A DNA stretch of 64,000 nt, from contig OY762911.1 in NCBI GenBank assembly GCA_963666565.1, positions 3,904,001 through 3,968,000 of the forward strand. Reading direction: 5' to 3'. The DNA comes from Thermoanaerobaculia bacterium. GTDB taxonomy: Bacteria > Acidobacteriota > Thermoanaerobaculia > Multivoradales > Multivoraceae. Under the pieces are notes generated by a model. It did not search any database. It was not told the origin of the DNA and was given only the letters and a program-made list of their open reading frames with translations. The position numbers were made by a program, and so were the translations under genes. Below are positions 9,228-18,169 of this stretch, one piece after another; the stretch's first letter is position 1, and each line of letters starts with the position of its first letter.

Positions 9228-9422
9228 CTAGGAGATGTATCCCAGGCCGCGGAGCCGCTTCTCGATCTCCTCCCTCGATTCGGCGCCTTCGAGCTTGGCC
9301 AGTTCCTTCTCCAGGGCGTGGGCGATGAACTCCTCGACGGACGAGTAGCCCGCGATGTCGCTGTAGCGCTTCACCCGCGCGATGAGCTCCTTGTCGAGCT
9401 TGACCTTGCCGCCGCCGAACAT
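9228..9422 (-). CDS. small ribbon-helix-helix-like protein with C-terminal RLRGLGY motif
   Basis: KVKLDKELIARVKRYSDIAGYSSVEEFI..ALEK; AAGGAGGAG RBS. Confidence 0.75.
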   Translation of the reverse strand: MFGGGKVKLDKELIARVKRYSDIAGYSSVEEFIAHALEKELAKLEGAESREEIEKRLRGLGYIS

Positions 9423-9470
9423 CCTTCTCCTCCTTCGCTGGCCTTCTGGCTCGCCGTCGTACCGGCAGGC

Positions 9471-11516
9471 TCAGGGCGAGCCCGTCGCCGCGCCGCCGGC
9501 CAGCGGCGGGAACTCTGCCACGCCGTACTCCGCCAGGATCGAGGCCGCCAGGTCGACGATGCCCTTAGCCGGGCGGCCGAGCGGGCGGCTGACCAGCAAC
9601 ACGCCCGGCACCGTCCGGTGGTCCATCATGTGATCGCCGCTCCAGGCGCTGTCGTTGTCGCTGAAGACGTCGCCGACGACCTCGCCCGACGCCGACTCCG
9701 TCGCCCCGCGGTAGCCCTTCGCATAGCCGACGACCAGATCCGGGCCGATGGCCGTCTGCTGCTGGAACGCGTAGTCCTCGCGAAGGTGGACTTGCGTGAT
9801 CGCGGGTTCGCCCGTCACCGGGTCGACGACCGCCAGCAGTTCCCGCTTCAACTCACGCACCAGGTCGAGGCGCTCCGCCGCCGTCACCGTGCCGTCGCGC
9901 TCACGGCCGCGCAGGTTGACGTAGAGACCAGAGAAGCCGATCCCGTAGGCCCGGGTCTCGTCCCAGTCGACGTTCAGCAGGAAGCCCTCGTCCGCGAACG
10001 CGTCTTCGGTCCGTGCGGCCAGATAGCCCCGTTCGAGGAGCCAGGCGTTCAGGTGGAAGGCGCGGCGCCAGGAGGCGAAGCCGTGGTCCGACATGACGAT
10101 CAGCAGCGGCTCGTCCGCGCCGCCGTCGCCGAGGCCGGCCTCCGCCTCCAGCCGGTCCAGCGTCTTCCCGACGACCGCGTCGAGTCCCTCGTAGAGCGTG
10201 GGGATCAGGTCCTCGTGAACGGCGTCGGCTTCCGGGTCGTAGGCGGGGTGCTCAGGATCGCGCGACCGCCAGCGAACGTGGCCGATCTGGTCCACGTTGC
10301 CGAAGTAGTAGAACAGGAAGCCGCCCTCCTGCTCGAGGTAGCGGTCCAGCACGTAGCCGTACTGCTCGGCGACCTCGTCGCCGGCGATCTTCGCCTGGGC
10401 AAGGAACTCGTCCGGGGTGAAGACCCCCTCCGTCAGGGTCTTCGTGTCTTCGGGCATCCCCTCCGTGTAGAAGCGGTCGACCGCCTCCGCCAGCTCGGCC
10501 GCGAAGTCGGGCGGCGTCGAGATCGGCGCCGCGGGCGACATCGGGTCGTGGTCGATCGGGCTGACGTAGAGCTCGAACTCCGGCTCGAGCGCGCGCAGGT
10601 ACATCCGGCAGATGCCGCGCAGGTTCTGGGTCGGCATCATCTCGAAGTCGACCTCCAGCCAGTCGCTCCACTCCCCGACCCGGAGCACGATCTGCTGGTC
10701 GCCCAACTCGATCTTTGCACTCTCCGTCTCCGGATCGAGGTAGACGGTGAACGGCGCGGTCAGCTTGACGGGCTCGCGCAGCAGCGGGTTGTCGGGTCCG
10801 AGCAACTCGGCTTCGACCACGTTGTCGTAGATGTCGAGTTCGACGATGTCACCGCCGCTGATGTCCCGGTCGGCGAACAGCTCGGACGTGTAGAACGTGA
10901 AGGTGCCGTCGGTGCCGAGGAGGTCGCTCGTGCCCATGCCGGAGAGTTCGCGGCTCGCCGTGCCCGACACCGGGAAGTTCGCCGGCATGCGGACGACGGT
11001 CGTGCGCACCCCGTGCTCCTCCAGCACCTCCCAGAACGGCGTGCCGTGCCGGAACTGCACGTAGTCCCCGCTGGTGAGCGGGAACTGCCAGGGTCCCACC
11101 TCCAGGAAGCGTCCGCCGGATGACGCCGCGGCCGTCGACGAGTACGGGATCATCGTCTCCGGGTCCCGGTGCAGGAAGTCGAAGATGCCGTGGCCGCCCG
11201 GGTCCATGCCGGTGACGAAGCTCGACCAGGCGACCGGGCTGTGCGGCGGGATCGTCGTCTCCAGCTCCGTGAAGCCGCCCATCGCCTCGAGGCGGGCGAA
11301 GTTCGGCAGCCTCCCTTCGTCGATCAACTGCCGGGTGAGTTCAGGGTCCAGACCGTCGAAACCGAGCACGACGACCTTCGGCCCCTCGGACGGACCGACG
11401 CCGTCGCCGCCGCACCCCAAGACGGCGGAGAGGACGACCGCCGCCACTGCGGTTGCCGCGAGCGGCCGGTTCCGGCTCTTGCGGCCGCGCCGGCCGGTGG
11501 GTCGCCTTCGGTTCAC
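9471..11516 (-). CDS. alkaline phosphatase superfamily (type I phosphodiesterase/nucleotide pyrophosphatase-like) lipoprotein
   Basis: Lipobox-like VLGC; GFDGLD, PPHSPVAWSSFVTG.DPG.HGIFDF, MSDHGF, WSGDH; GTG start overlaps upstream stop. Confidence 0.88.
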   Translation of the reverse strand: MNRRRPTGRRGRKSRNRPLAATAVAAVVLSAVLGCGGDGVGPSEGPKVVVLGFDGLDPELTRQLIDEGRLPNFARLEAMGGFTELETTIPPHSPVAWSSFVTGMDPGGHGIFDFLHRDPETMIPYSSTAAASSGGRFLEVGPWQFPLTSGDYVQFRHGTPFWEVLEEHGVRTTVVRMPANFPVSGTASRELSGMGTSDLLGTDGTFTFYTSELFADRDISGGDIVELDIYDNVVEAELLGPDNPLLREPVKLTAPFTVYLDPETESAKIELGDQQIVLRVGEWSDWLEVDFEMMPTQNLRGICRMYLRALEPEFELYVSPIDHDPMSPAAPISTPPDFAAELAEAVDRFYTEGMPEDTKTLTEGVFTPDEFLAQAKIAGDEVAEQYGYVLDRYLEQEGGFLFYYFGNVDQIGHVRWRSRDPEHPAYDPEADAVHEDLIPTLYEGLDAVVGKTLDRLEAEAGLGDGGADEPLLIVMSDHGFASWRRAFHLNAWLLERGYLAARTEDAFADEGFLLNVDWDETRAYGIGFSGLYVNLRGRERDGTVTAAERLDLVRELKRELLAVVDPVTGEPAITQVHLREDYAFQQQTAIGPDLVVGYAKGYRGATESASGEVVGDVFSDNDSAWSGDHMMDHRTVPGVLLVSRPLGRPAKGIVDLAASILAEYGVAEFPPLAGGAATGSP

Positions 11517-13675
11517 GCCGCCGCTCCGGCCGCCTCGCGGCCCCCGAACTCCGCCGGATCGAACACCGACTCTCCCTCCATGTAGTCCGGCTTGTCGATG
11601 CCGAAGAGGGCCAGGGCGGTGGGCGCCATGTCGAGGAGCGAGAGGTCGTCGCCGCGATCGACCGGGCGGCTGCTGAAGAAGACGCCCGGAACCAGCCGCG
11701 GGTCGACGCAGTGGTCGCCGCTCCACGCCTTCAGGTTGTCCGAGAAGACCGGGCCCGCGACCACGCCGACGGCGCAGTCCCAGGACACCCGGTAGCCGTC
11801 GTTGTAGCCGACGATCAGGTCGGGGGCGTTGCCCTTGTAGGGGCCGGTGTAGAGATCCTCCGCGTCGAAGGCGGCGTTGATGCTGGTCGCGCTTCGCTCC
11901 TCGTCGCGCAGGCCGTCCCAGGCGGCGATCAGTTCCCGCTTGAGCGCCCGCGCCTCCTCGCCGGGCTCGACGATGCCGCCCGCCTCGCGGCCCTTGAGGT
12001 TGAGAAACACGCCGGCGAGGCCGAGCGCATAGGCCCGGGTGCGCGTCCAGTCCACCCCCTCCAGCCATTCCTCGCTGCCGTCCGCGCCGTCGCGCAACGC
12101 CAGGTAGCCGTGGTCGAGCAGCCAGCGGTTCAGGTTGACGCCGCGCCGGAAGGAGGCGAAGCCGTGGTCCGAGAGCACGATCAGGAGATCGTCGTCGCCC
12201 AGCTTCTCCATCACGCGGCCGACCAGATCGTCGTTGTGCCGGTAGTGGTCCTCGATCGTCCGCCGGCGCCGGCCCGTCTGCCGGCCCTTCGCCGCCGGGT
12301 GCCCGTCCTCCATGTAGCGCCAGAACATGTGCTGGATCCGGTCCGTGGCGTCGAAGACGCAGGTCAGGGAGCCCTTCCGCAGTCGCTCGAGCGCCGCGAA
12401 GAACATCTCCTCGCGCTCGCGGTCGATGTCGTAGGACTGCTTGAGGAAGGTCGCGTCGTCGGTCACTCCCTCGTTGAGCGCCGTCGTGTCCTCGGCCAGA
12501 CCCAGAGTCGCGAAGTCGCCCACCCGCTTGGCCAGGTACGGCGCGTAGTAGGACGGGTGCGAGATCGGCATCGCCGGTTTCTCGGGATCGATGTGGATCG
12601 CGGTCAGGTAGAGCGACGTGTGCTCGGCGGCCTCCGTCAGCATCATCCGGGTCAGGCCGTGGACCTTGACGCCGGGCGCGGCCCGGAACTCGAGACGCAC
12701 CCAGTCGGAGAGCTCTCCCTGCCGGAGTTCCACCGTCTCCCCCGCCATACTGACCGACGCCGTCTTCGCCTTGCGGTCGACCTCGACCGTCATCGGCGCG
12801 CGGAGGGGAGGCGGCGGAACGCCCTCCAGGAAGCTGTTCTCCGGCCCTTCGACGACGCAGTCGAAACGGTCGGGGCCAGCGCCGTTGGAGGTCAGCGGCA
12901 CCCGCACGCCGCCCTCCCGGATCGCGTCCGTCGCCGGACGCGTCGTGTAGAGCAGGAAGGTGCCCTGGCTGCCCACCAGGTCCGGCACGCACATCGCGGC
13001 GAGTTGCGCGCCGTAGAAGCGGTCCGGCGGGAAGGTGATCGGCACCCGCAGCACGGTGCTCCAGACGTTCCGCTCACCGAGCACCGTCCAGAACGGCTTC
13101 GAGCGCCGGAGCATGCGGATCTCCGGCTTCTGCAGCGGGATCTTCCACTTGCCCAGCTTCAGGAAGCGCTCCACGCGGCCGATGTGGGCCGAGGACAGCT
13201 TCGGCAGGTAGCTCCGCAGGTCGCGGTCGAGGAAGTCGAAGATGTTGTGCTTGCCCGGATTGGCGCCGGTGGCGAAGGTCGACCAGGCGACCGGCGACAG
13301 CGCCGGGTACGTGCTGGCGATGCGCCGGTAGCTCCCCCGGTCGCGGAGACGCTGGAAGTTGGGCAGCTTGCCCTCCTTCATCATCCGCTCCGTCAACCGC
13401 GGGTCCTGGCCGTCGAGTCCGACGAACACGAGCCGCCTGACGTGCGCCTTCGGCGGCTTCTTGCGCCGCACGACCCGCCACAGCGTCCGCACCGGCCACG
13501 CGAGCAGCGAGAGGAACGCCAGCGCCACCGTCGCCAGCAGCACCAGGAACGACGACATGAGCGCGAACCCGGCCCCCGGCCCGATGTACGCGGCCGCCGG
13601 CGCGGCTGCGAAGAGCGCGACGAGAAGCGCCAGCGCGGCGGTGACGAGACGCGGAGCTGGCAACGGTTCCTCCAT
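11513..13675 (-). CDS. alkaline phosphatase superfamily (phosphodiesterase-like) membrane-anchored protein
   Basis: Signal peptide, AYIGPGAG plus TM helix; GLDGQD, PALSPVAWSTFATG.NPGKHNIFDF, LSDHGF, WSGDH. Confidence 0.88.
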   Translation of the reverse strand: MEEPLPAPRLVTAALALLVALFAAAPAAAYIGPGAGFALMSSFLVLLATVALAFLSLLAWPVRTLWRVVRRKKPPKAHVRRLVFVGLDGQDPRLTERMMKEGKLPNFQRLRDRGSYRRIASTYPALSPVAWSTFATGANPGKHNIFDFLDRDLRSYLPKLSSAHIGRVERFLKLGKWKIPLQKPEIRMLRRSKPFWTVLGERNVWSTVLRVPITFPPDRFYGAQLAAMCVPDLVGSQGTFLLYTTRPATDAIREGGVRVPLTSNGAGPDRFDCVVEGPENSFLEGVPPPPLRAPMTVEVDRKAKTASVSMAGETVELRQGELSDWVRLEFRAAPGVKVHGLTRMMLTEAAEHTSLYLTAIHIDPEKPAMPISHPSYYAPYLAKRVGDFATLGLAEDTTALNEGVTDDATFLKQSYDIDREREEMFFAALERLRKGSLTCVFDATDRIQHMFWRYMEDGHPAAKGRQTGRRRRTIEDHYRHNDDLVGRVMEKLGDDDLLIVLSDHGFASFRRGVNLNRWLLDHGYLALRDGADGSEEWLEGVDWTRTRAYALGLAGVFLNLKGREAGGIVEPGEEARALKRELIAAWDGLRDEERSATSINAAFDAEDLYTGPYKGNAPDLIVGYNDGYRVSWDCAVGVVAGPVFSDNLKAWSGDHCVDPRLVPGVFFSSRPVDRGDDLSLLDMAPTALALFGIDKPDYMEGESVFDPAEFGGREAAGAAA

Positions 13676-13757
13676 GATCGCGCGCCTGGGAGCACCCGGT
13701 GCCAGACAGCGCGGAGCGGTGCGGAGCATACCAAGCCGCGGGTAGCATCTCGTGGCC

Positions 13758-14405
13758 ATGTACGGGAAGACTCTCTGGCGGCGGCTTCTCTTCGGCCGGC
13801 CGATCATCGTCGTCTCCGGTCTCCCCCGCTCCGGCACCTCGATGGCGATGAAGATGCTCGAGGCCGGCGGCATGGAGATCGTGACCGACGGTGAGCGCGA
13901 GGCCGACGTGGATAACCCGCGCGGTTACTACGAGGACGAGCGGGTCAAGGACCTCGCGAACGCTCCCGACAAGTCCTGGCTACGCGCCTCACGCGGCCGC
14001 GCGGTCAAGGTCATCTCCTTCCTGCTCAAGGACCTGCCGCCGAACCTGAACTACAAGGTCATCCTCATGCGGCGCAACCTGACCGAGGTGCTCGCATCGC
14101 AGCGGAAGATGCTGCATCGCCGGGGCGAGACCGACGACACGCCGGACGAGCGGATGACGGAGCTCTGGCGGGACCAGCTCTGGAGAGTGAACTACCTCCT
14201 CCGCCATGCGCCGCAGTTCGAGTGGGTCGAGATCGAGTACGGCGAGGCGCTACGGGATCCGGCGGCGGCGGCAATGCGAATCGCGGGGCTAGTGGAGGGC
14301 CTGGACGAGCAGGCGATGGCCCACGTAGTGGACCCGACCCTCTACCGGAACCGCGCCGCTCCTGGCTCCAGCGCCCCTCGCCACGGATCGAATGGCTCCA
14401 CATAG
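13758..14405 (+). CDS. sulfotransferase-family P-loop protein
   Basis: VSGLPRSGTSM (5'-PSB-like), DNPRGYYE, R...EVLASQ (3'-PB-like). Confidence 0.8.
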   Translation: MYGKTLWRRLLFGRPIIVVSGLPRSGTSMAMKMLEAGGMEIVTDGEREADVDNPRGYYEDERVKDLANAPDKSWLRASRGRAVKVISFLLKDLPPNLNYKVILMRRNLTEVLASQRKMLHRRGETDDTPDERMTELWRDQLWRVNYLLRHAPQFEWVEIEYGEALRDPAAAAMRIAGLVEGLDEQAMAHVVDPTLYRNRAAPGSSAPRHGSNGST

Positions 14406-14491
14406 CCGTTCTGCTATCTTGGTCGCGCTTCCCGCCAGCCGCCGACCCACAGATCGTCGGTGAGAGCCACCGCACGAAGAGAAGTACCCCG

Positions 14492-15157
14492 ATGCAACAC
14501 GGCATTGAACCCCGCTACCCCCTCTCCGAGGCGGCGAAGATCATCGGGATGCCCGGCCCTACGCTGCGGACCTGGTTCCGTGGTTGGCCTACCGGCAAGC
14601 CTCCCGTGCTGGCCGCCGACGGAGGCGCCGACGCTCCGCTGATCCTCAGCTTCTTCAACGTCGTCGAGGCGCGCTTCCTCGACGCGTATCGCCGAAGAGG
14701 CGTTTCCATGCAACGAGTCCGCCGCGCTCTGGATTTCGTGACCGAGCATCTGTCCGGTTTCGAGCGGCCGCTCCTGAGACCCGACTTCGAGACCGACGGC
14801 AAGGCCTTGTTCATCGAACTGCAGGAGGCCGGCAAGACGCCCATGCTCCTCGAGGTCACCGGGGGCGGTCAACTCGTGTGGCCGGAGGCGGTGCGGGAGC
14901 ACTTCCAGTCGCTCGTCTTCGACGATCACGGCGATCCTTCGAGGCTCTGGCTCGACGATCGGCACGAGCTCATGCTGGATCCGCGTTTCGGTTGGGGTCT
15001 TCCCGTTGTCTCGGGCTCCGGGGTCCGGACCGATGTCCTCTTTGAACGCCTGGAGGCCGGCGAGGAGCTCCACGCCATCGCCGAGGACTTCTCGCTGCAG
15101 ACCTCCGAGGTCAAGACCGCCGTGGCTTGGGAACGAGCGGCCAGACGAGCCGCGTAG
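14492..15157 (+). CDS. DUF433-domain antitoxin (VapB45/Rv2018-like)
   Basis: N-terminal HTH (Y.LSEAA....P.PTLRTW), LSFFNVVE, DPRFGWGLP.V.GSGV.T..L.ER..AGE....IAEDF. Confidence 0.85.
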   Translation: MQHGIEPRYPLSEAAKIIGMPGPTLRTWFRGWPTGKPPVLAADGGADAPLILSFFNVVEARFLDAYRRRGVSMQRVRRALDFVTEHLSGFERPLLRPDFETDGKALFIELQEAGKTPMLLEVTGGGQLVWPEAVREHFQSLVFDDHGDPSRLWLDDRHELMLDPRFGWGLPVVSGSGVRTDVLFERLEAGEELHAIAEDFSLQTSEVKTAVAWERAARRAA

Positions 15158-15188
15158 TCTGACCTGGCGCCGCGGACAGTGATCCCCG

Positions 15189-15503
15189 ATGTCGGCTGGC
15201 ACCGAAGGCGACCCGTGCCTGACGTTCTTCTTTGATCGCTCGATCGGCAAGGCCGTGCCACAGGCCCTCCAGGCCGTACATGTACCCGCCATCTCCCACG
15301 ATGATCACTACCCGGCTCAGAGCAGAGTCCCGGACGAGACCTGGATCGCGGAACAGACCGAACTCGGGCATGTCCTGGTCACCAAGGACAAGAGGATTCA
15401 GCAGCGAGCTTCGGAAGTGGCGGCAATCCGTTCAGCCGGCGCGCGACTCCTCGTACTCACCGACAAGCGCGCCAACCGACTCCGTACGAGTCCCGAGCGA
15501 TGA
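15189..15503 (+). CDS. PIN-like toxin (VapC45/Rv2019-like), probably C-terminally truncated
   Basis: FFFDRSIG, PDETWI, LVTKDKRI motifs; only 104 aa. Confidence 0.7.
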   Translation: MSAGTEGDPCLTFFFDRSIGKAVPQALQAVHVPAISHDDHYPAQSRVPDETWIAEQTELGHVLVTKDKRIQQRASEVAAIRSAGARLLVLTDKRANRLRTSPER

Positions 15504-15519
15504 ACGGGAAGACGTCGCG

Positions 15520-16842
15520 TCACGCGGACCGTAACTCTACGACCAGTTCCTTGCCGAACTCGATGCCGGCGCACTCGCAGGCCGCCTTGATCCACTTCAG
15601 CTTCTGCTGGTTGGGGGAATGGACGTTCAGATACCAGCCACCCGGCAGCGACCTTATCGACCGCTCCTCCGGATCGGCCTCCCTGGGCGACTCGCCGATG
15701 TGGGAGCGCTTGGTCGCTGCTATCTCGTCCCGGAATCTCCGGTAGAAGGAGACACCGCCGCAATCGTCGTATAGCTGACCGACGATGTGTTCGTACATGT
15801 CGGCAGCACTCCTCTCCGATCGAGCCTCTCCGAGATACGACCACTGAACCGCCCGAGAGGAAGAACGGCGTCTACGCTTGAAAGCCGGTATCGCGGCACC
15901 GCCTCCGGGCACCTTCGGAGGACGTTGAGCCGCCCTCGGGGCGTCCTCGAATCGATCAAAGTACTCGCCATCAATCGTTACGTCTTCGACAGTACGCTCC
16001 CTGACCACTACGCCCAGTCCGCGCTCCTTCAGGAGTTCACAGAGGTTGTCGCCATCGATGAGATCGAGAGGAGTAGCCCCGTCTCGCGTGGCCTCGCGCT
16101 TGGCGTCAGAAGTGAAGGAGCCCGTGGTGATGATGAGGCCCCTGTCGCTGCGCCCCGCCATGGCGCCTCGGAAGTCCCTTACAACGGGCGCACCTATGGT
16201 TCCCTTGTGCCTCTTGCATTGGAAGTACACCGGAAAGGAGATCAGGGAAAAGCGATACAAGGCCGTCCCATCGATGCCTCCGTCTCCGCTGCCTCCGATT
16301 ACCTTGACGGCCTCGAAACCAGATGAGCGGAGAAGTTCCTGCGCAAGCCGCTCGAACGCACCCGGCGACATCTCCAAGAGCCGACTGAGTAGCTCGTCGT
16401 TCCAAGCGGCTTCGCCTGGTTCGTCGTCATCGACGCCTCCAGCCGTGTCGGTTGCGGCTGCGATCCGGGCTCGCGGGCTCGTCGCTCGCACGAGCTTCTC
16501 TTGACGGCGGTCACGGAGGTACTCCGCCAAGCGCCGTTCGACCGTCTCTTCCTCCATATCGACGCCCTCTGCAGTCAGCCGCCAGTAGCCTCGACGTTCA
16601 CTCTTCAGAGCGCCGACGATCTTCAAATGCGATCTGCAAAAGCCCACCCGAAACGCCAGTTCCGACTTGGCTCCGTTGGCAGCTCGCACGGCGCGCTGGA
16701 CCGGATTCAGCTTCAAGTTCGTCGCCACGGCTTCGTCGATTTCGTCGTTCGTCGCCGGCATCGGCAGGCGGCGTACGGCCTCCAGCGTCAGCCAGCGGAG
16801 TTCGGGATAGAGAGGAAGTCCCGCAGCCTCTCGTGAGTTCAT
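15520..16842 (-). CDS. mrr: Mrr-family (type IV) restriction endonuclease with additional C-terminal domain
   Basis: Mrr_N winged helix (R.GF.RSHLK..G.L....RGYWRLT..G), FERL...LL...GF, DGGIDG, FQCKR, GLIITTG.FT.DA, LIDG; AGGAG before ATG 16842. Confidence 0.9.
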   Translation of the reverse strand: MNSREAAGLPLYPELRWLTLEAVRRLPMPATNDEIDEAVATNLKLNPVQRAVRAANGAKSELAFRVGFCRSHLKIVGALKSERRGYWRLTAEGVDMEEETVERRLAEYLRDRRQEKLVRATSPRARIAAATDTAGGVDDDEPGEAAWNDELLSRLLEMSPGAFERLAQELLRSSGFEAVKVIGGSGDGGIDGTALYRFSLISFPVYFQCKRHKGTIGAPVVRDFRGAMAGRSDRGLIITTGSFTSDAKREATRDGATPLDLIDGDNLCELLKERGLGVVVRERTVEDVTIDGEYFDRFEDAPRAAQRPPKVPGGGAAIPAFKRRRRSSSRAVQWSYLGEARSERSAADMYEHIVGQLYDDCGGVSFYRRFRDEIAATKRSHIGESPREADPEERSIRSLPGGWYLNVHSPNQQKLKWIKAACECAGIEFGKELVVELRSA

Positions 16843-16966
16843 CGTCGTCTCCTGCTTGCGAGGATTCGGCATCTGAGGCATTCGCGCCACACCTCAACCA
16901 CGATAGCCAGACGGCCCATTTGCCCGACGATCGACCAGCCGCTTCACCGCCGAACCCGCCGGCACG

Positions 16967-18061
16967 CTAGTACACCCCCACCGTCGTCGCCGACGCCAGC
17001 CTCGCGAAGGGCCGCACACCGCTGACGCCGTCCCAGGGGTAGTCGACGTAGGGCTTCTCCCGCTCGCCCTCGTCGCGTTCCAGGAAGCCGGGGACGAAGA
17101 ACTCGCGGGTCAGCGTCGTCAGCCGGACGCGGCCGGTGGCGCCGTAGTCGACGACCTGGTTCGGATCGTCGGGGTCGACGACTTCGAGCACGGCCCGCGG
17201 CTGGGGCGCGTAGTAGGCGATCGTGTAGCCCTCGGCGGCGGTGACGGGCCGCGACGCGGCCAGGCCCATCAGGGTGTTGCCGTAGGTCGGGGTCATGTAG
17301 ACGCCGTCGAGCAGTTCCTCGACCGCGAAGCGGGTCCACTGCGGGGTAAATTCGGTGCCGCCGGAGAAGATGCCCTTGATACCCGTGTCGGCGAGAGTCT
17401 GGCCGCGATCCTCCAGCGCCAGGCAGAGCGACTCGAGCAGCTTCGGCGTCGCGAACATGGCCTGGATGTCGTGGCCGGCCGAAAGGACGGACAGGGCCTG
17501 GTCGATCACGTGGTCCTTGTAGGCCTCCAGGTGCTCCATCCAGCCCTTCTTGATCAGCTTGATCACCCAGCGCGGGTCGAGGTCGACGCAGAAGCAGATG
17601 CCGCCGCGGTACTGGCAGAGGTGCTCCACCGCCAGACGCAGGCGGCGCGGGCCCGACGGCCCCAGCATCAGCCAGTTGGACCCCGGCGGGAAGTGCTCGT
17701 CCGGGAGGCTGGCGCTGAACAGCTCGTAGTCCGTGCGGAAGTCGTTGAGGGCCACCCGGCTCTTCGGGATGCCCGTCGTGCCGCCGGTCTCGAAGACGTA
17801 GATCGGATCGTCGGCCATCGCCTTCGGAACCCAGCGCCGCACCGGCCCGCCGCGCAGCCACTCGTCCTCGAAGGGCGGGAACTTGCGCAGGTCGGCGTAG
17901 CCGGCGACGTCGCTCTTCGGGTCGAAGTCGAGCTTCTTGGCGAAGTCCAGCCAGAACGGCGTGCCGGTCTCCGGGCTGAAGTGCCACTCCATCATGTCGC
18001 GGACGTGGGCGTCGAGTCGTTCCCTGGCCTGGGCCTGGGCTTCAGCGCTGGCGACTTCCAT
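16967..18061 (-). CDS. GriC/EhpF-like adenylating subunit (ANL/LuxE-like)
   Basis: WHFSPETGTPFW, FETGGTTGIPK P-loop, YGNTLMG, GRVRLTTLT, ERDEGER. Confidence 0.75.
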   Translation of the reverse strand: MEVASAEAQAQARERLDAHVRDMMEWHFSPETGTPFWLDFAKKLDFDPKSDVAGYADLRKFPPFEDEWLRGGPVRRWVPKAMADDPIYVFETGGTTGIPKSRVALNDFRTDYELFSASLPDEHFPPGSNWLMLGPSGPRRLRLAVEHLCQYRGGICFCVDLDPRWVIKLIKKGWMEHLEAYKDHVIDQALSVLSAGHDIQAMFATPKLLESLCLALEDRGQTLADTGIKGIFSGGTEFTPQWTRFAVEELLDGVYMTPTYGNTLMGLAASRPVTAAEGYTIAYYAPQPRAVLEVVDPDDPNQVVDYGATGRVRLTTLTREFFVPGFLERDEGEREKPYVDYPWDGVSGVRPFARLASATTVGVY

Positions 18062-18169
18062 CTGCGGACTCCAATCGGTTGATCCTGCCGCGATCGGCGG
18101 CTTGCCGTGATCCTGGGGTTGAAGGGGCGGCAGACTACAGCACCGGCCGCGGCGGCGACGACCCGGTGG

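Noticed and set aside
9471-12992. 1173-aa ORF, and similarly the long ORFs 45297-48944, 40048-42294, 27937-30183 and 49088-51133, as fusions
   Set aside because: Stop-poor GC-rich extensions overlapping real upstream genes; starts were reassigned using motifs and stop/start overlaps
16967-18061. Phenazine biosynthetic cluster suggested by the EhpF-like gene
   Set aside because: No phzA-G core genes in the window
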